Sequence record: LR745206.1
Direction: 5' to 3' (one strand)
Length of the DNA stretch: 64,000 nt
Below are positions 8,716-18,976 of the stretch, piece after piece (the first letter of the stretch is position 1; each line of letters begins with the position of its first letter). The notes beneath the pieces are model-generated. The model ran no database searches. It was not told the origin of the DNA and saw only the letters and a program-made list of their open reading frames with translations. The position numbers and the translations under genes are program-made.

Positions 8716-10227
8716 TTACCATAAAAATACGTTTCCGATCGCAGCATTTCTACCAGAGTTGAAATTGTAAATTCTTATTTGTGTTGATGTTAGTAGTGTT
8801 ATGTTTGGGTTAATATTACCATCTTGACATTGAACAACAGCAATCGGTATATATCCTAGATTATGGTTAAATGTTGATCCAGATGAACTAGCTATATTAA
8901 ATGATGTTGTGTATCTATAATCTAATCCATTTTGTATTTCTACACCACCTCTACCAGTTATTGTATTAGCGTTGAATCCACCTATTGTTAGTCTATTACT
9001 ACTAGTTATTGGTGTTTTATCAAGAGTAATGTATGTACCACCGCTATCATAAACGCTAAAGTAGAATCTAGAGCTACCAGCAATACCTCCACCTAATAAA
9101 GAATAAAACTCGAAATCGGTAGCTGCTCCTGTTCTCATTTGGAACCTTTTCTTACCTCCTGTTACAAATGATAAATTATTACTTGATCCAGTATCTCTAA
9201 ATATACCTGTATTTGATGCTCCTATTTTCAATGATAAATCAGATATAATACCTGAGTTTTGTAAAAAAACAGTACCGGATGAGCTAACACTAATATCATA
9301 TCCTGATTGTAGAGCCATTGTGGTTGCTGTGTATAAAATCTTAACTAATCCAGAATTAGAAAAAGCCATTACGTTAGTACCAAGTCTATAAAAACCCATG
9401 TTGCTTTGACTTTGAAATGATATTGATGGTTGTGATCCAGATCCATTACCTGCTAAGAAATAAGGAGCTTTAAGTACAGCACTTGATCTTATTTCTCCAG
9501 TATCTAATACTAATTGTGGTGATGTTGGTACAGCTGGATTAGCATTTGGGCTATTTTCTAATATAAGTTGTCTTCCATCTCCACCATCATATGAATAAAT
9601 TCTTGAGGGTGCTCCAAAATTTTTGAAATTAAGAACAGTAACTATACCTGCTACACCACCAACTCCTGGAAGTGTACTACCACCTGAATTACCTGGTGGT
9701 GTATCAACAGTCATGTTGAATGTATAAGTTGGTTGTGTTACATTACTAGTTAATATACTACCAACTTGTGCTGTATTTTGTAATCTTGTTAGTGTTAATG
9801 TTCCAGAAGTTATATTTGTAGCATTTATATTAGTTATATTACTACCTATTCCATAAAAACCACCAGCTCCAGATGATCTTATATCACCATTCACGGTTAA
9901 CTTTTTATCAGGAGTTATTGTTGATATACCAACATTTGTTGCATTATCAAATATTAAACTGTTTTGTATAACATTTCCAGGCGCTACGAATTTAGGTACA
10001 TAATTTGGTGTTCCTGATCCAGAAACACTACTTGCGGATTCTGTTGAGAATGTTGTTCCAGTCCAAACATATGGTATACTAACATTTAAATCCCAAACAC
10101 GCATTCCTGGGTATTTATATGGTAAATTATCTTTATTTGTATAAAATTGACCAGGTCCAACAACAAGTCTATTATCAATAGCCTTAGCTATGTTTACCTC
10201 AAAATTATCTATTATTTGTATTGCCAT
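8716..10227 (-). CDS. tail fibre-like structural protein
   Basis: Gly/Ser/Thr-rich beta-strand composition; SGSGTPNYVPKF..NSLIFDNATNVGISTITPDKKLTVNGDI and ITSGTL repeats typical of fibres. Confidence 0.6.
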   Translation of the reverse strand: MAIQIIDNFEVNIAKAIDNRLVVGPGQFYTNKDNLPYKYPGMRVWDLNVSIPYVWTGTTFSTESASSVSGSGTPNYVPKFVAPGNVIQNSLIFDNATNVGISTITPDKKLTVNGDIRSSGAGGFYGIGSNITNINATNITSGTLTLTRLQNTAQVGSILTSNVTQPTYTFNMTVDTPPGNSGGSTLPGVGGVAGIVTVLNFKNFGAPSRIYSYDGGDGRQLILENSPNANPAVPTSPQLVLDTGEIRSSAVLKAPYFLAGNGSGSQPSISFQSQSNMGFYRLGTNVMAFSNSGLVKILYTATTMALQSGYDISVSSSGTVFLQNSGIISDLSLKIGASNTGIFRDTGSSNNLSFVTGGKKRFQMRTGAATDFEFYSLLGGGIAGSSRFYFSVYDSGGTYITLDKTPITSSNRLTIGGFNANTITGRGGVEIQNGLDYRYTTSFNIASSSGSTFNHNLGYIPIAVVQCQDGNINPNITLLTSTQIRIYNFNSGRNAAIGNVFLW

Positions 10228-10245
10228 AATCTATATATAAAATTT

Positions 10246-11748
10246 TTAATATTTGAATTGATAATTAACTGATGGTGGTCCAATTTGAGGAACACCATTC
10301 CATTGATAAACATAAAATTCTTTTGCCGCCCATAATCCTGATGGTGATGATAGAACTATTGGTGTGTATGAAAATGATCCAGAAGATGTATTTCCATATT
10401 CATCATATATATTTGATAATGTTCCATAATTAGAATCATATATAAAATATAAATTACCTGTTCCTATAACATCAATTGTTTTATCACCGAAAGATTCAAC
10501 CAATTTTGATAACCCAGCCAAACCAATACTATTCATTGTTAGGTTAGGACTAAATCCATAAAAATATGGATATATACCAGTTATTGTAGTACTTGCAGAT
10601 GCTATTTGCATTCCATCACCAAGTGTTACTTTAAATTCTGTACTTGTTGCTGTTATTGGTGATATAACAACACCACTTGAACTACCGGTTATTGTAACAT
10701 AAGATGTGTTTATTATAGGAGGATAAGCTCCTGGTATCATGTTACTTAATCCAGCAATTTGTGTATTTAATGTTTTTTTGTTTAATGTATATTGTAGGGT
10801 TGGTGTTGGATAAGTTCCAACCTCAGCATACCCAACTGAATAAACACCCGTTATTTCAATTGAACAAGTTGGTGGTAGATAATCATATATAACTCTTCTT
10901 AATGTTTCTGATAAAGGCATATTATTAAATGTATCACCATATAATATATCACCTATTTGAACAGGACATCTTCTACTATCAGCAAATTCTAATGAATATC
11001 CATTAACATTTGTTGGGGTTCCGTATATATCAAGTTCTGATCCGGTAACTCCAATATAATCTAGTGTTGGTAATTGTATAATATCCCATACCAATTCACC
11101 ATCCTCTATGAACAGTACTTTTTCATTTGATGCTGATAATCCACTTTCATCTATTGTAGGGAATATTATATTATTTACAATTACACTACCAGTATATCCA
11201 CTATTTATACTTTGAATATTAATGTTCCCTCCTAATAGAGATGGATTTACTACATCTAGTGATACTGATTGTGTACTTCCTGATATTAACTGACTTTGTA
11301 TATATGGTGATTTGGTGTGTAATGATAGATTTGTTCCAGCTATTATAGCAACTCTTGTTGATGTTTGACTTTGTGTATCTATTTTTGTATTGTATAGAAA
11401 TATATCAACATCACTAGTTAGTAAACTATCATTCATTATATTATCAAATTCGGTATAAGAATATGTTCCCGAATAAGCTCTTTTACCTAAATAAATTTTA
11501 CTTTTGATATCTCTATTTGATGGATTATTTGAATCTAATCCAACATATGATATAGATGATCCAGATGCAGTTGTTTGTTTAAATGGTACACTTGTCCATA
11601 AAGAAAAAACAGCATCTCTAACATCAACTGGGTTAACCAATTTATCTTTATTATCTTGTAGGTTATCCAAAATATTATCTAAATAATCCTGGATAGGATA
11701 ACTCGTAGCCTCTGTCGTAAGTCCTATATTAACACTAAATGTCATCAT
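10246..11748 (-). CDS. virion structural protein (paralogue of 11751-13328)
   Basis: shares DVRDA..PSNRDIK..GKR, NGYSLEF and PLSE.LR blocks with its neighbour; Thr/Ser-rich. Confidence 0.6.
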   Translation of the reverse strand: MMTFSVNIGLTTEATSYPIQDYLDNILDNLQDNKDKLVNPVDVRDAVFSLWTSVPFKQTTASGSSISYVGLDSNNPSNRDIKSKIYLGKRAYSGTYSYTEFDNIMNDSLLTSDVDIFLYNTKIDTQSQTSTRVAIIAGTNLSLHTKSPYIQSQLISGSTQSVSLDVVNPSLLGGNINIQSINSGYTGSVIVNNIIFPTIDESGLSASNEKVLFIEDGELVWDIIQLPTLDYIGVTGSELDIYGTPTNVNGYSLEFADSRRCPVQIGDILYGDTFNNMPLSETLRRVIYDYLPPTCSIEITGVYSVGYAEVGTYPTPTLQYTLNKKTLNTQIAGLSNMIPGAYPPIINTSYVTITGSSSGVVISPITATSTEFKVTLGDGMQIASASTTITGIYPYFYGFSPNLTMNSIGLAGLSKLVESFGDKTIDVIGTGNLYFIYDSNYGTLSNIYDEYGNTSSGSFSYTPIVLSSPSGLWAAKEFYVYQWNGVPQIGPPSVNYQFKY

Positions 11749-11750
11749 AA

Positions 11751-13328
11751 TTAAAATATAAATTCAAATTCTCCTGATCCTGTATAACTACTAGTCGCAG
11801 TTGTTCTCCAAACTTTAAATGGTCCTGTATAATCTGGATGTGTTATACTAGAATATGTAAATATGGAATACGTTGGTGAAATTGAACTATATAAAATAAA
11901 TCCATTAGGGTCTTTAATATATTGTATATCGGTTGTAAATGTACCTGGGTATATAAAGTATAAATATCCATTTCCGTTATAAGGAACAGAATATGAATGT
12001 GAAACTCCCATATAAGGTTCAATCAATTTCGGTGATCCGGTTGTTACTGTTTTTAATGTTGTTCCATTTATAGCTATTGTTGTGTCATAATCATAAAAAA
12101 TTGGATTTATAAATCCAATACTTTCGTCAGAACTGAATGAATATCCAGTTGGGAAAGAAAAACTAGTAGCACCTACAACTGTTGATACATATAAACTAAA
12201 ATTTAAAGTACCTAATCCACTGAATGTTGCATAATTAAATGTTGAAAATGTTGAACTTCCAGGTATTTCGCTAAATGATGCTCCATAATTAAATCTAGTA
12301 TCTGAGTTATTTTCTCTAAAAAAGAAATCGGATATATATTCGTTTTGATCTCTAGCATATGATGTTATTGACCAATCAAATCCTAATGATGGTGTTGTTC
12401 CTGCTTCAGCATATGTTGTTCCGGTTATTGGATTTGTTATACTTAACTCAAGAACTGGCTCTATATAAGGGTAAAGTATTTGTCTTAATACTTCACTTAA
12501 TGGCCAATCTTGACCAGCAAACGAACCTGTTGGAAATGATGCTCCTTGTGTTATACCACCAATTTCTTGTGGTACTAAACTAGTATCTACAAATTCCAAC
12601 GAGTATCCATTTAAATTAACTGGACTACCATATATGTTTGTTGGTGATCCAGGAGTTCCTATATCTGATATCGTTACTGTTGAATCATCCCACTTTAATG
12701 AACCATAAGGATATGTACCAAAATATCTTAATATTTTACCATTTGAGGCTGAAGCTGATGTTTCTGCTGATGTCGGGAATACTATTCCATTTATAGCAAC
12801 TCTACCGGTTGATGAGAATATATTTATATCACCACCAAATAAAGATGGATTTGTTAAATATAAATCAATTGCATCTCCCGTAGGATTCATAATAGATTCT
12901 AAATATGGTGCATATTGATGTAATGTTGAATCTGTTCCTGCTAAAATAGCAACTTTTGTTGAACTTTGTGATACACCATCTGGTTTTGTATTATAAAGGA
13001 ATATATCAGCATTTGAATTATTTAATAATGAATTATTCATTATGTCCAAATTACCAAAGCTTCTTTTACCAATTAAAATTCTTTGTTTAATATCCCTATT
13101 TGATGGGTCACCAGAATCTATACCGATATACTCATATGATGAGTATGTGGCTCCTGTTGTTACACGAAATGAGGAATTAGCCCAAGTTGTTAGAAACGCA
13201 TCTCTAACATCTCTTGGAGATATTAATTTTTGTGTGTTATTAGGTAATTCTTCTAATACACTAAAAATATCTGGTTTCCTTGTAGATTCGGTTATTTGAC
13301 CTACATTTATACTATAAGTAGAAGGCAT
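11751..13328 (-). CDS. virion structural protein (paralogue of 10246-11748)
   Basis: same shared blocks; late motif on minus strand at 13349-13358. Confidence 0.6.
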   Translation of the reverse strand: MPSTYSINVGQITESTRKPDIFSVLEELPNNTQKLISPRDVRDAFLTTWANSSFRVTTGATYSSYEYIGIDSGDPSNRDIKQRILIGKRSFGNLDIMNNSLLNNSNADIFLYNTKPDGVSQSSTKVAILAGTDSTLHQYAPYLESIMNPTGDAIDLYLTNPSLFGGDINIFSSTGRVAINGIVFPTSAETSASASNGKILRYFGTYPYGSLKWDDSTVTISDIGTPGSPTNIYGSPVNLNGYSLEFVDTSLVPQEIGGITQGASFPTGSFAGQDWPLSEVLRQILYPYIEPVLELSITNPITGTTYAEAGTTPSLGFDWSITSYARDQNEYISDFFFRENNSDTRFNYGASFSEIPGSSTFSTFNYATFSGLGTLNFSLYVSTVVGATSFSFPTGYSFSSDESIGFINPIFYDYDTTIAINGTTLKTVTTGSPKLIEPYMGVSHSYSVPYNGNGYLYFIYPGTFTTDIQYIKDPNGFILYSSISPTYSIFTYSSITHPDYTGPFKVWRTTATSSYTGSGEFEFIF

Positions 13329-13382
13329 CTAATTGATCACTTTTTTAGTATATATTAAAAAGTGGTTCCAACTATTAATAAA

Positions 13383-13408
13383 AAATCCGATAATTACTTA
13401 TCGGATTT
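13383..13408 (-). terminator. intrinsic terminator
   Basis: AAATCCGATAA-TTAC-TTATCGGATTT hairpin with a T-tract on the minus strand. Confidence 0.7.
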
Positions 13409-13501
13409 AAAAATATTTTTTATTTTATCTTTTCTTATATCGTTCTTATAGATTGGTTCATATGAAAATTTTGGTAGACTTGTGAGTAATGGTAGTGGCA
13501 T
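13394..13501 (-). CDS. 35-aa tagged micro-protein not in ORF track
   Basis: MPLPLLTSLPKFSYEPIYKNDIRKDKIKNIFKSDK; TAATG stop/start overlap with upstream gene. Confidence 0.6.
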   Translation of the reverse strand: MPLPLLTSLPKFSYEPIYKNDIRKDKIKNIFKSDK

Positions 13502-13902
13502 TAGTCAAAAAGAAAATCTAATTTTATTAAATCTTTTATCTTAGCTGTTTGAAGATTTAGATCTTCGAATTTGATTTTATCAAAAGGAATTTCACTCTCA
13601 ACTGACATCAAAGAGCTCATTTCTTTACTAAATTCCTCTACGTTAGTTATATTAACAGCATCTTCAACAATATTTCCACCTTCATCTTTAGGTCTAACAA
13701 CTTGACCATTCTCATCCTTTTCAACCCACTTATCAAGAATCTTTTTTTCTGTTGCTAATTTATCTTCAACAATAGAAGAAACTTCTTTTATTATTCTAGT
13801 TAATCTGAATGCAGCTATTGCATTAATATCTAATTCAATTAGATTATTTAGTGCTTCTATTGTTTCGTTGTTTAGTTGTGAATTTTTTACAATAAATGAC
13901 AT
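13501..13902 (-). CDS. tail-associated helical protein (DUF1617-like)
   Basis: AFRLTRIIKEV..EKKILDKWVEKDENG pattern seen in small proteins next to tail fibre genes. Confidence 0.45.
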   Translation of the reverse strand: MSFIVKNSQLNNETIEALNNLIELDINAIAAFRLTRIIKEVSSIVEDKLATEKKILDKWVEKDENGQVVRPKDEGGNIVEDAVNITNVEEFSKEMSSLMSVESEIPFDKIKFEDLNLQTAKIKDLIKLDFLFD

Positions 13903-13926
13903 AGTTATTTACTTTTATTTTTTATA

Positions 13927-14637
13927 TTAAACTATATATAATTTGTTTAATCTATCCTTTATAATATTAAAATATTCTTCTTCCTTTTCAATCATTATAA
14001 ATTTCCTATCTAGAAGAATGCAAGCATGAGCTGTTGTTCCTGTTCCAGCAAATGAATCTAAAACAATATCACCTGGATTAGAATGTTTTTTGATTAAATC
14101 TTTAATTAGTTCTAATGGCTTTTGTGTTGGGTGTTGATATCTCTCTTTACCATGACAAATTGGATATTGGTATAAAGCATTATCATAAGATGAATTGAAT
14201 GTTGGTTTACTTTTTTTAGTGAAGGTGAAAAAATATTCGGTTGAATTAGAAAGATAGTTTATTTTAGAGTTTATAGGAACAGGATTATTTTTAACCCAAA
14301 GACCAACTCTTGGTTGTTTAAATTTGTACTTCTCTGCTGATTCTTTTATCTCACTTGATTTCCATATGTCGTAAAATACTATTATGGTTCCTCCATTTTT
14401 AAGTATCCTGTAATACTCTTTGAATAGATTATCCCAATCCAATTCCTTTTTATCCCAATCACCAAAATCTATTGATAATTTACCATATTTGTTAACCAAC
14501 TCATCACTAGCACTGTCAGAGTAATTTTTAAAATTTGATTCTCTTGATATGAGGTAAGGTGGATCTATCAAAACTAAATCCACTGAATTACTTTCCAACT
14601 TTAACAATTCCTCTATACAATCACCAAAAATTAACAT
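13927..14637 (-). CDS. N6/N4 DNA methyltransferase (beta class)
   Basis: IDPPY motif IV precedes HPTQKP and DSFAGTGTT motif I. Confidence 0.9.
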   Translation of the reverse strand: MLIFGDCIEELLKLESNSVDLVLIDPPYLISRESNFKNYSDSASDELVNKYGKLSIDFGDWDKKELDWDNLFKEYYRILKNGGTIIVFYDIWKSSEIKESAEKYKFKQPRVGLWVKNNPVPINSKINYLSNSTEYFFTFTKKSKPTFNSSYDNALYQYPICHGKERYQHPTQKPLELIKDLIKKHSNPGDIVLDSFAGTGTTAHACILLDRKFIMIEKEEEYFNIIKDRLNKLYIV

Positions 14638-14700
14638 ATTTCTATATATTAACCATCATGTACTTCCTAAAAAATAATATATAAAAGAAATAACTAAATT

Positions 14701-15471
14701 ATGAATCTAATCAGTCTAGTTAAAAACCTACTAAATTTACAGAAAAAAATTAATACTAAGATATTACCATCACAAGGTCTTTTCTATAAAGATGACTTTG
14801 AGATATGGATAAAGAAAGCTGATATGGATGATATTATCGAGTATGAGTATGATTATGTTAAGGATGATATTGGTGTGATTATACACAAAGTTAAAAAAGC
14901 AGCTCAAAAGAATATTGTGCTTTCTTATGGATATACATTTGATGATATAAAAAGTATTGATATTATATTTTTATTCCTAGAGATAGTTAAATTTACAAAG
15001 GGTGAGTCTATAAAACTATCTTATGTAGATGAGAATACTGGTAAAGATAATATTATAGAATTTGGACATAATAATTTTAATTATTTTAGGATAGATGATA
15101 GTATAATGAAATATTATGATAATGAGAAAAAACTATTTTTAATAGATGGTTATAAGTATTCATTACCATCAATTGGTGTTGAGAATAGTTTAACTAATTT
15201 CCTAATATCTAAATCTGATAGTCCAGATGCTATTTTATATAATGACTATTTTTATGACTTTACTTATTTTTTAGATGATAAAAGTGAGTTATCATTTTCT
15301 GAGATAGATAATCTTATACAAATATTTAATTCTGACTTGGATAAAAATGAGATGTTTAAGATTAATAATATAATGAAAACCTTTTTACCAATCCAAAGTT
15401 ACTCTCTGAAAAGAGATGGTAAGGTTATAGAAATAAGTTCAAAAATAGATCTTGAAAAGATTTGGAAATAA
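14701..15471 (+). CDS. putative baseplate hub assembly protein (T4 gp26-like)
   Basis: ILPSQGLFY N-terminal motif. Confidence 0.4.
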   Translation: MNLISLVKNLLNLQKKINTKILPSQGLFYKDDFEIWIKKADMDDIIEYEYDYVKDDIGVIIHKVKKAAQKNIVLSYGYTFDDIKSIDIIFLFLEIVKFTKGESIKLSYVDENTGKDNIIEFGHNNFNYFRIDDSIMKYYDNEKKLFLIDGYKYSLPSIGVENSLTNFLISKSDSPDAILYNDYFYDFTYFLDDKSELSFSEIDNLIQIFNSDLDKNEMFKINNIMKTFLPIQSYSLKRDGKVIEISSKIDLEKIWK

Positions 15472-15486
15472 TTTAATATATATCTT

Positions 15487-16326
15487 ATGAATATATTGAA
15501 TTGGCAATTATTTTTAGAAGAATTTGTTGGTGATAAACCAATATCAGACTTACAATCATATATAGATGGTATGAGTTTATCTATAAAAGATAAACTTTTC
15601 TTTGTTGATATGATCAACTTTGATGTTATTGTTGATTTTGGGTGTGCTGATGGTACATTCTTAGAAAATATCTTGAGAATAAAACCAGATGTTAAGGTTG
15701 TTGGGTATGATTTGGATGAGGCGATGTTATCCAAAGCTAAGAGCAAATTAGGTAATAGAGCTTTATTAACTAGTAATTGGGATGAAGCTATAAATGCCAC
15801 AAATCAATATAAAAATCCATTACTTAATCTAAGTTCTGTTATACATGAGGTTTATTCATATTCACATGGTACAATTGTTAAAAAATTCTGGGATAATCAA
15901 GTTTTTGGTGGTGATTTTAAATGGATATCCATAAGAGATATGATACCATCAATTGAATTAGGAAGAGAGGAGATAACAAGTTTCAAGGATGATGTTAGGA
16001 AAGTTAAATCAAAAACTGATAAACATTATTTAAACTCATTTGAGGATAGATGGGGATCAATCAATGATAATTATAGAACATTTATGCACTATTTATTGAA
16101 ATATAGATATATAGATAACTGGGATAGAGAAGTTAATGAAGATTATTTACCAGTTTCATTAGAAACAGTTAAATTAAAGATACCAAACAGTTATAAGATT
16201 GTTTATGAAAGAGATTTCCTTTTACAATTTCTTAAAGATCAAGTGAAGAAAGATTTTAATGTAGATTTGATACACTCAACACACACCAAGATGATTATTA
16301 AAAATAATAATTTTAGGAAAATATAA
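15487..16326 (+). CDS. class I SAM-dependent methyltransferase, putative head-packaged
   Basis: IVDFGCADG motif I, VVGYD motif II, LSSVIHE; start MNILNWQLFLEE; late motif 15473-15482. Confidence 0.75.
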   Translation: MNILNWQLFLEEFVGDKPISDLQSYIDGMSLSIKDKLFFVDMINFDVIVDFGCADGTFLENILRIKPDVKVVGYDLDEAMLSKAKSKLGNRALLTSNWDEAINATNQYKNPLLNLSSVIHEVYSYSHGTIVKKFWDNQVFGGDFKWISIRDMIPSIELGREEITSFKDDVRKVKSKTDKHYLNSFEDRWGSINDNYRTFMHYLLKYRYIDNWDREVNEDYLPVSLETVKLKIPNSYKIVYERDFLLQFLKDQVKKDFNVDLIHSTHTKMIIKNNNFRKI

Positions 16327-16328
16327 TA

Positions 16329-17201
16329 CTAAAGACAAGATAAATATCTTTCGCCCCTATCACATAATACTGTAATAATATCGCCCTTCATGTCTGGATA
16401 CTTTTCGAGTAATCTTTCAGCCGCTAGTATATTGGCTCCTGAACTTATACCAACAAACAATCCTTGTTCTTTTGCTAGAGTTCTAGATCTTAATTTAGCA
16501 TCTTCTGTTGATATAACTATGATATCATCCACTTCTTCTAGATTAACAAGAAACTTACTACCATCACCAATACCTTGTATTCCATGTAATCCTGGTTCTC
16601 CTCCACTCATAACTGGTGATTCTGCTGGTTCAACAGCAACAACTTTCATATTCTCATAAACCCTTTTAAGTCTTCTTGAAACACCTATTAGTGTACCTCC
16701 TGTTCCGGTTCCATCTATGAAGGCTCCTATTTGGTCATAATGTTGTTCAAGTATTTCTGTTCCAGTTCCATTATAATGTGCTTCTATGTTCAATATATTA
16801 CTAAATTGTCTTGGGTTGAAATATCCAAATTCTTCAGCCATTTCATCCCTCAATCGTATAGCTTCATCAAAATTACCATCAGAAACTTCAATCAACTCAG
16901 CTCCATATAATCTTAACATCTGTTTTCGCTCTTCACTCATATTAGAAGGCATTATTATTTTAACTTTATATCCTCTTTCTGCTCCGATGAAGGCAAATGC
17001 TATCCCAGAATTACCGGATGTAGCCTCAATTATTGTATCTCCTTTTTTTATAAGACCATTTTCCTCAGCATCATTTATTATATAAGCAGCCATCCTATCT
17101 TTTATTGATCCACTTGGATTTTGCCCTTCAAATTTTGCCCATATTCTTTCGGATATTTGAATTAATGGTGTTTTCCCTATATTATCAGATAATCTTTCCA
17201 T
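16329..17201 (-). CDS. cysK: cysteine synthase (O-acetylserine sulfhydrylase)
   Basis: IGKTPL, KFEGQNPSGSIKDR (PLP lysine), EATSGNSGIA, GTGTGGT, GISSGA. Confidence 0.92.
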   Translation of the reverse strand: MERLSDNIGKTPLIQISERIWAKFEGQNPSGSIKDRMAAYIINDAEENGLIKKGDTIIEATSGNSGIAFAFIGAERGYKVKIIMPSNMSEERKQMLRLYGAELIEVSDGNFDEAIRLRDEMAEEFGYFNPRQFSNILNIEAHYNGTGTEILEQHYDQIGAFIDGTGTGGTLIGVSRRLKRVYENMKVVAVEPAESPVMSGGEPGLHGIQGIGDGSKFLVNLEEVDDIIVISTEDAKLRSRTLAKEQGLFVGISSGANILAAERLLEKYPDMKGDIITVLCDRGERYLSCL

Positions 17202-17244
17202 TGTATAATTTAGTTTAATTATATATTATATAAACATCATTTGA

Positions 17245-17275
17245 TTTGATAATTTATAAATTATTTGTATATTTG
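17245..17275 (+). promoter_or_regulatory. Bacteroidota-type -33/-7 promoter
   Basis: TTTG(17245)-N19-TATATTTG(17268-17275), just upstream of ATG 17283. Confidence 0.7.
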
Positions 17276-17282
17276 TAGTAAT

Positions 17283-17897
17283 ATGAAATACGAAAAACAA
17301 AATATTTACTTTATATCAGACTTCCACGTTGGTCACAAAAACGTATTGAAGTTTGATGGTCGTCCTTTTCAGGACACAGAGGAAATGCACACTGAGTTAA
17401 TCAAGAGATGGAACTCAGTTATTGGTGATGATGATATTGTTTATTACTTAGGTGATTTAGCATTTTGTCGAGATGAACTAGCGAAATGGTTCGCTTATTC
17501 ACTAAAAGGTAAAATACATTTCATAAAAGGAAACCATGACAAAATGAAAACTTTACGTAAGTTTGGTCGATGGGAGGAAATTTATGAATATGGTACAGAA
17601 ATTTTTATCAAGGATGATGATTTGAAAAGTGCTCGAGGAATGCACGGATATCAACAAATTATAATGTCACACTACCCAATCTTGAGTTGGAACAGAGTAC
17701 ACTATGGTAGTTGGCATTTACATGGTCATTGTCATGGTAGCTTGATGAAAAGTAACCAAGATTATTACAAAAGAAAGGTGATGGATGTTGGGTGTAACGT
17801 AATTGATTATACTCCAATTTCTTATGAGGAAGTAAAAGGTGTGATGGTTAAAAAAGGAATCATTTCTGTTGATCATCATGGTGATGCTGATATGTAA
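17283..17897 (+). CDS. calcineurin-like metallophosphoesterase
   Basis: SDFHVGH, LGD, GNHD, SHYP, HGHCH motifs. Confidence 0.9.
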   Translation: MKYEKQNIYFISDFHVGHKNVLKFDGRPFQDTEEMHTELIKRWNSVIGDDDIVYYLGDLAFCRDELAKWFAYSLKGKIHFIKGNHDKMKTLRKFGRWEEIYEYGTEIFIKDDDLKSARGMHGYQQIIMSHYPILSWNRVHYGSWHLHGHCHGSLMKSNQDYYKRKVMDVGCNVIDYTPISYEEVKGVMVKKGIISVDHHGDADM

Positions 17898-18055
17898 TGG
17901 ATAAAAGTTGGATAAAAATATCAATTAATAGCTACTACGGTACTTATAATTCTGGTAAATCAAACTTTGATATGAAACCACTTTGGGTTAAATATCGTAG
18001 TGGTAAAAGGAAGTCAAAGATAAAAAATATATGGAAGATAGATGGGATGTTATAA
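17897..18055 (+). CDS. 52-aa tagged micro-protein with PolB motif-B-like segment, not in ORF track
   Basis: MDKSWIKISINSYYGTYNSGKSNFDMKPLWVKYRSGKRKSKIKNIWKIDGML; TAATG coupling. Confidence 0.6.
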   Translation: MDKSWIKISINSYYGTYNSGKSNFDMKPLWVKYRSGKRKSKIKNIWKIDGML

Positions 18056-18363
18056 ATGTTGTTTGTATAAAGGGATATAAAACATTGAAAGTTGGTTCCT
18101 CTTATCAGATAAAGGGTCGTGGAAATCTAACATATAATGCTGATCCAGAAGTTGGTGGTAAAAAAGGTCAAGGATATTGTATAGAGGATGGTATGTATGG
18201 GTCTTATAGTGGTAGAACCGATTGGTACCGATTGCCTTATAATGAAAGGATTAAGTGGTATTATTTTACCGAAAAAGAAATGGGTGATTACTTTATAACA
18301 GATAATGAAAATCATATAATATATTTAAGAGATAGAAAAATTAATAGTATAATAAATGATTGA
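18031..18363 (+). CDS. tagged hypothetical protein
   Basis: ends YLRDRKINSIIND. Confidence 0.7.
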   Translation: MEDRWDVINVVCIKGYKTLKVGSSYQIKGRGNLTYNADPEVGGKKGQGYCIEDGMYGSYSGRTDWYRLPYNERIKWYYFTEKEMGDYFITDNENHIIYLRDRKINSIIND

Positions 18364-18976
18364 TACTTTTGGAATAAAGCCTTTGGACTTAAACAACGTT
18401 GTTTGTCATTCTGGTGGTGCAGAGGGATCTGATACCCATTGGGAGAATATTGGAGAAGAGTTTGGTGTTATAACCAAAGCCTATTCACATAAAACACCAA
18501 AACACCAATCAAAAAATAAAGTTGAAATATCTGATGAAGATTATCGAGAAGGTGTTGTTGAGGTTAATAAGGCAAATAAATTTCTTAATAGATATGGTAT
18601 ACATAAATATATGAATATGTTAGCTCGTAATTGGGCTCAAGTTAAATATTCTAATGAGATATTCGCAATAGGATATATTGTTAAAGTTGGTGAAAGAAAT
18701 ACTAAGGGGTACTATAACAGAGGTAAATATGATATGGTTGATGGTGGAACTGGATATGCTGTACAGATGGCTATAAATAATCAAAAACCAGTTTATGTTT
18801 TTGACCAAAAACAAGATAATTGGTTTAGATGGTCATATGCTTCGTTTTCATTTATTGAAATGGAGAATACACCAAAAATAAATTTTCAAAATTTTGCTGG
18901 TATTGGTACACGACAAATTGGTAAAAATGGAATAGAATCTATAAGAAAGGTATATAATAAAACATTTGTGATATGA
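18356..18976 (+). CDS. SLOG-superfamily (YspA/DprA-related) protein
   Basis: HSGGAEGSD, GGTGYAV..A, KPVYVFD, FAGIGTR. Confidence 0.6.
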   Translation: MIDTFGIKPLDLNNVVCHSGGAEGSDTHWENIGEEFGVITKAYSHKTPKHQSKNKVEISDEDYREGVVEVNKANKFLNRYGIHKYMNMLARNWAQVKYSNEIFAIGYIVKVGERNTKGYYNRGKYDMVDGGTGYAVQMAINNQKPVYVFDQKQDNWFRWSYASFSFIEMENTPKINFQNFAGIGTRQIGKNGIESIRKVYNKTFVI

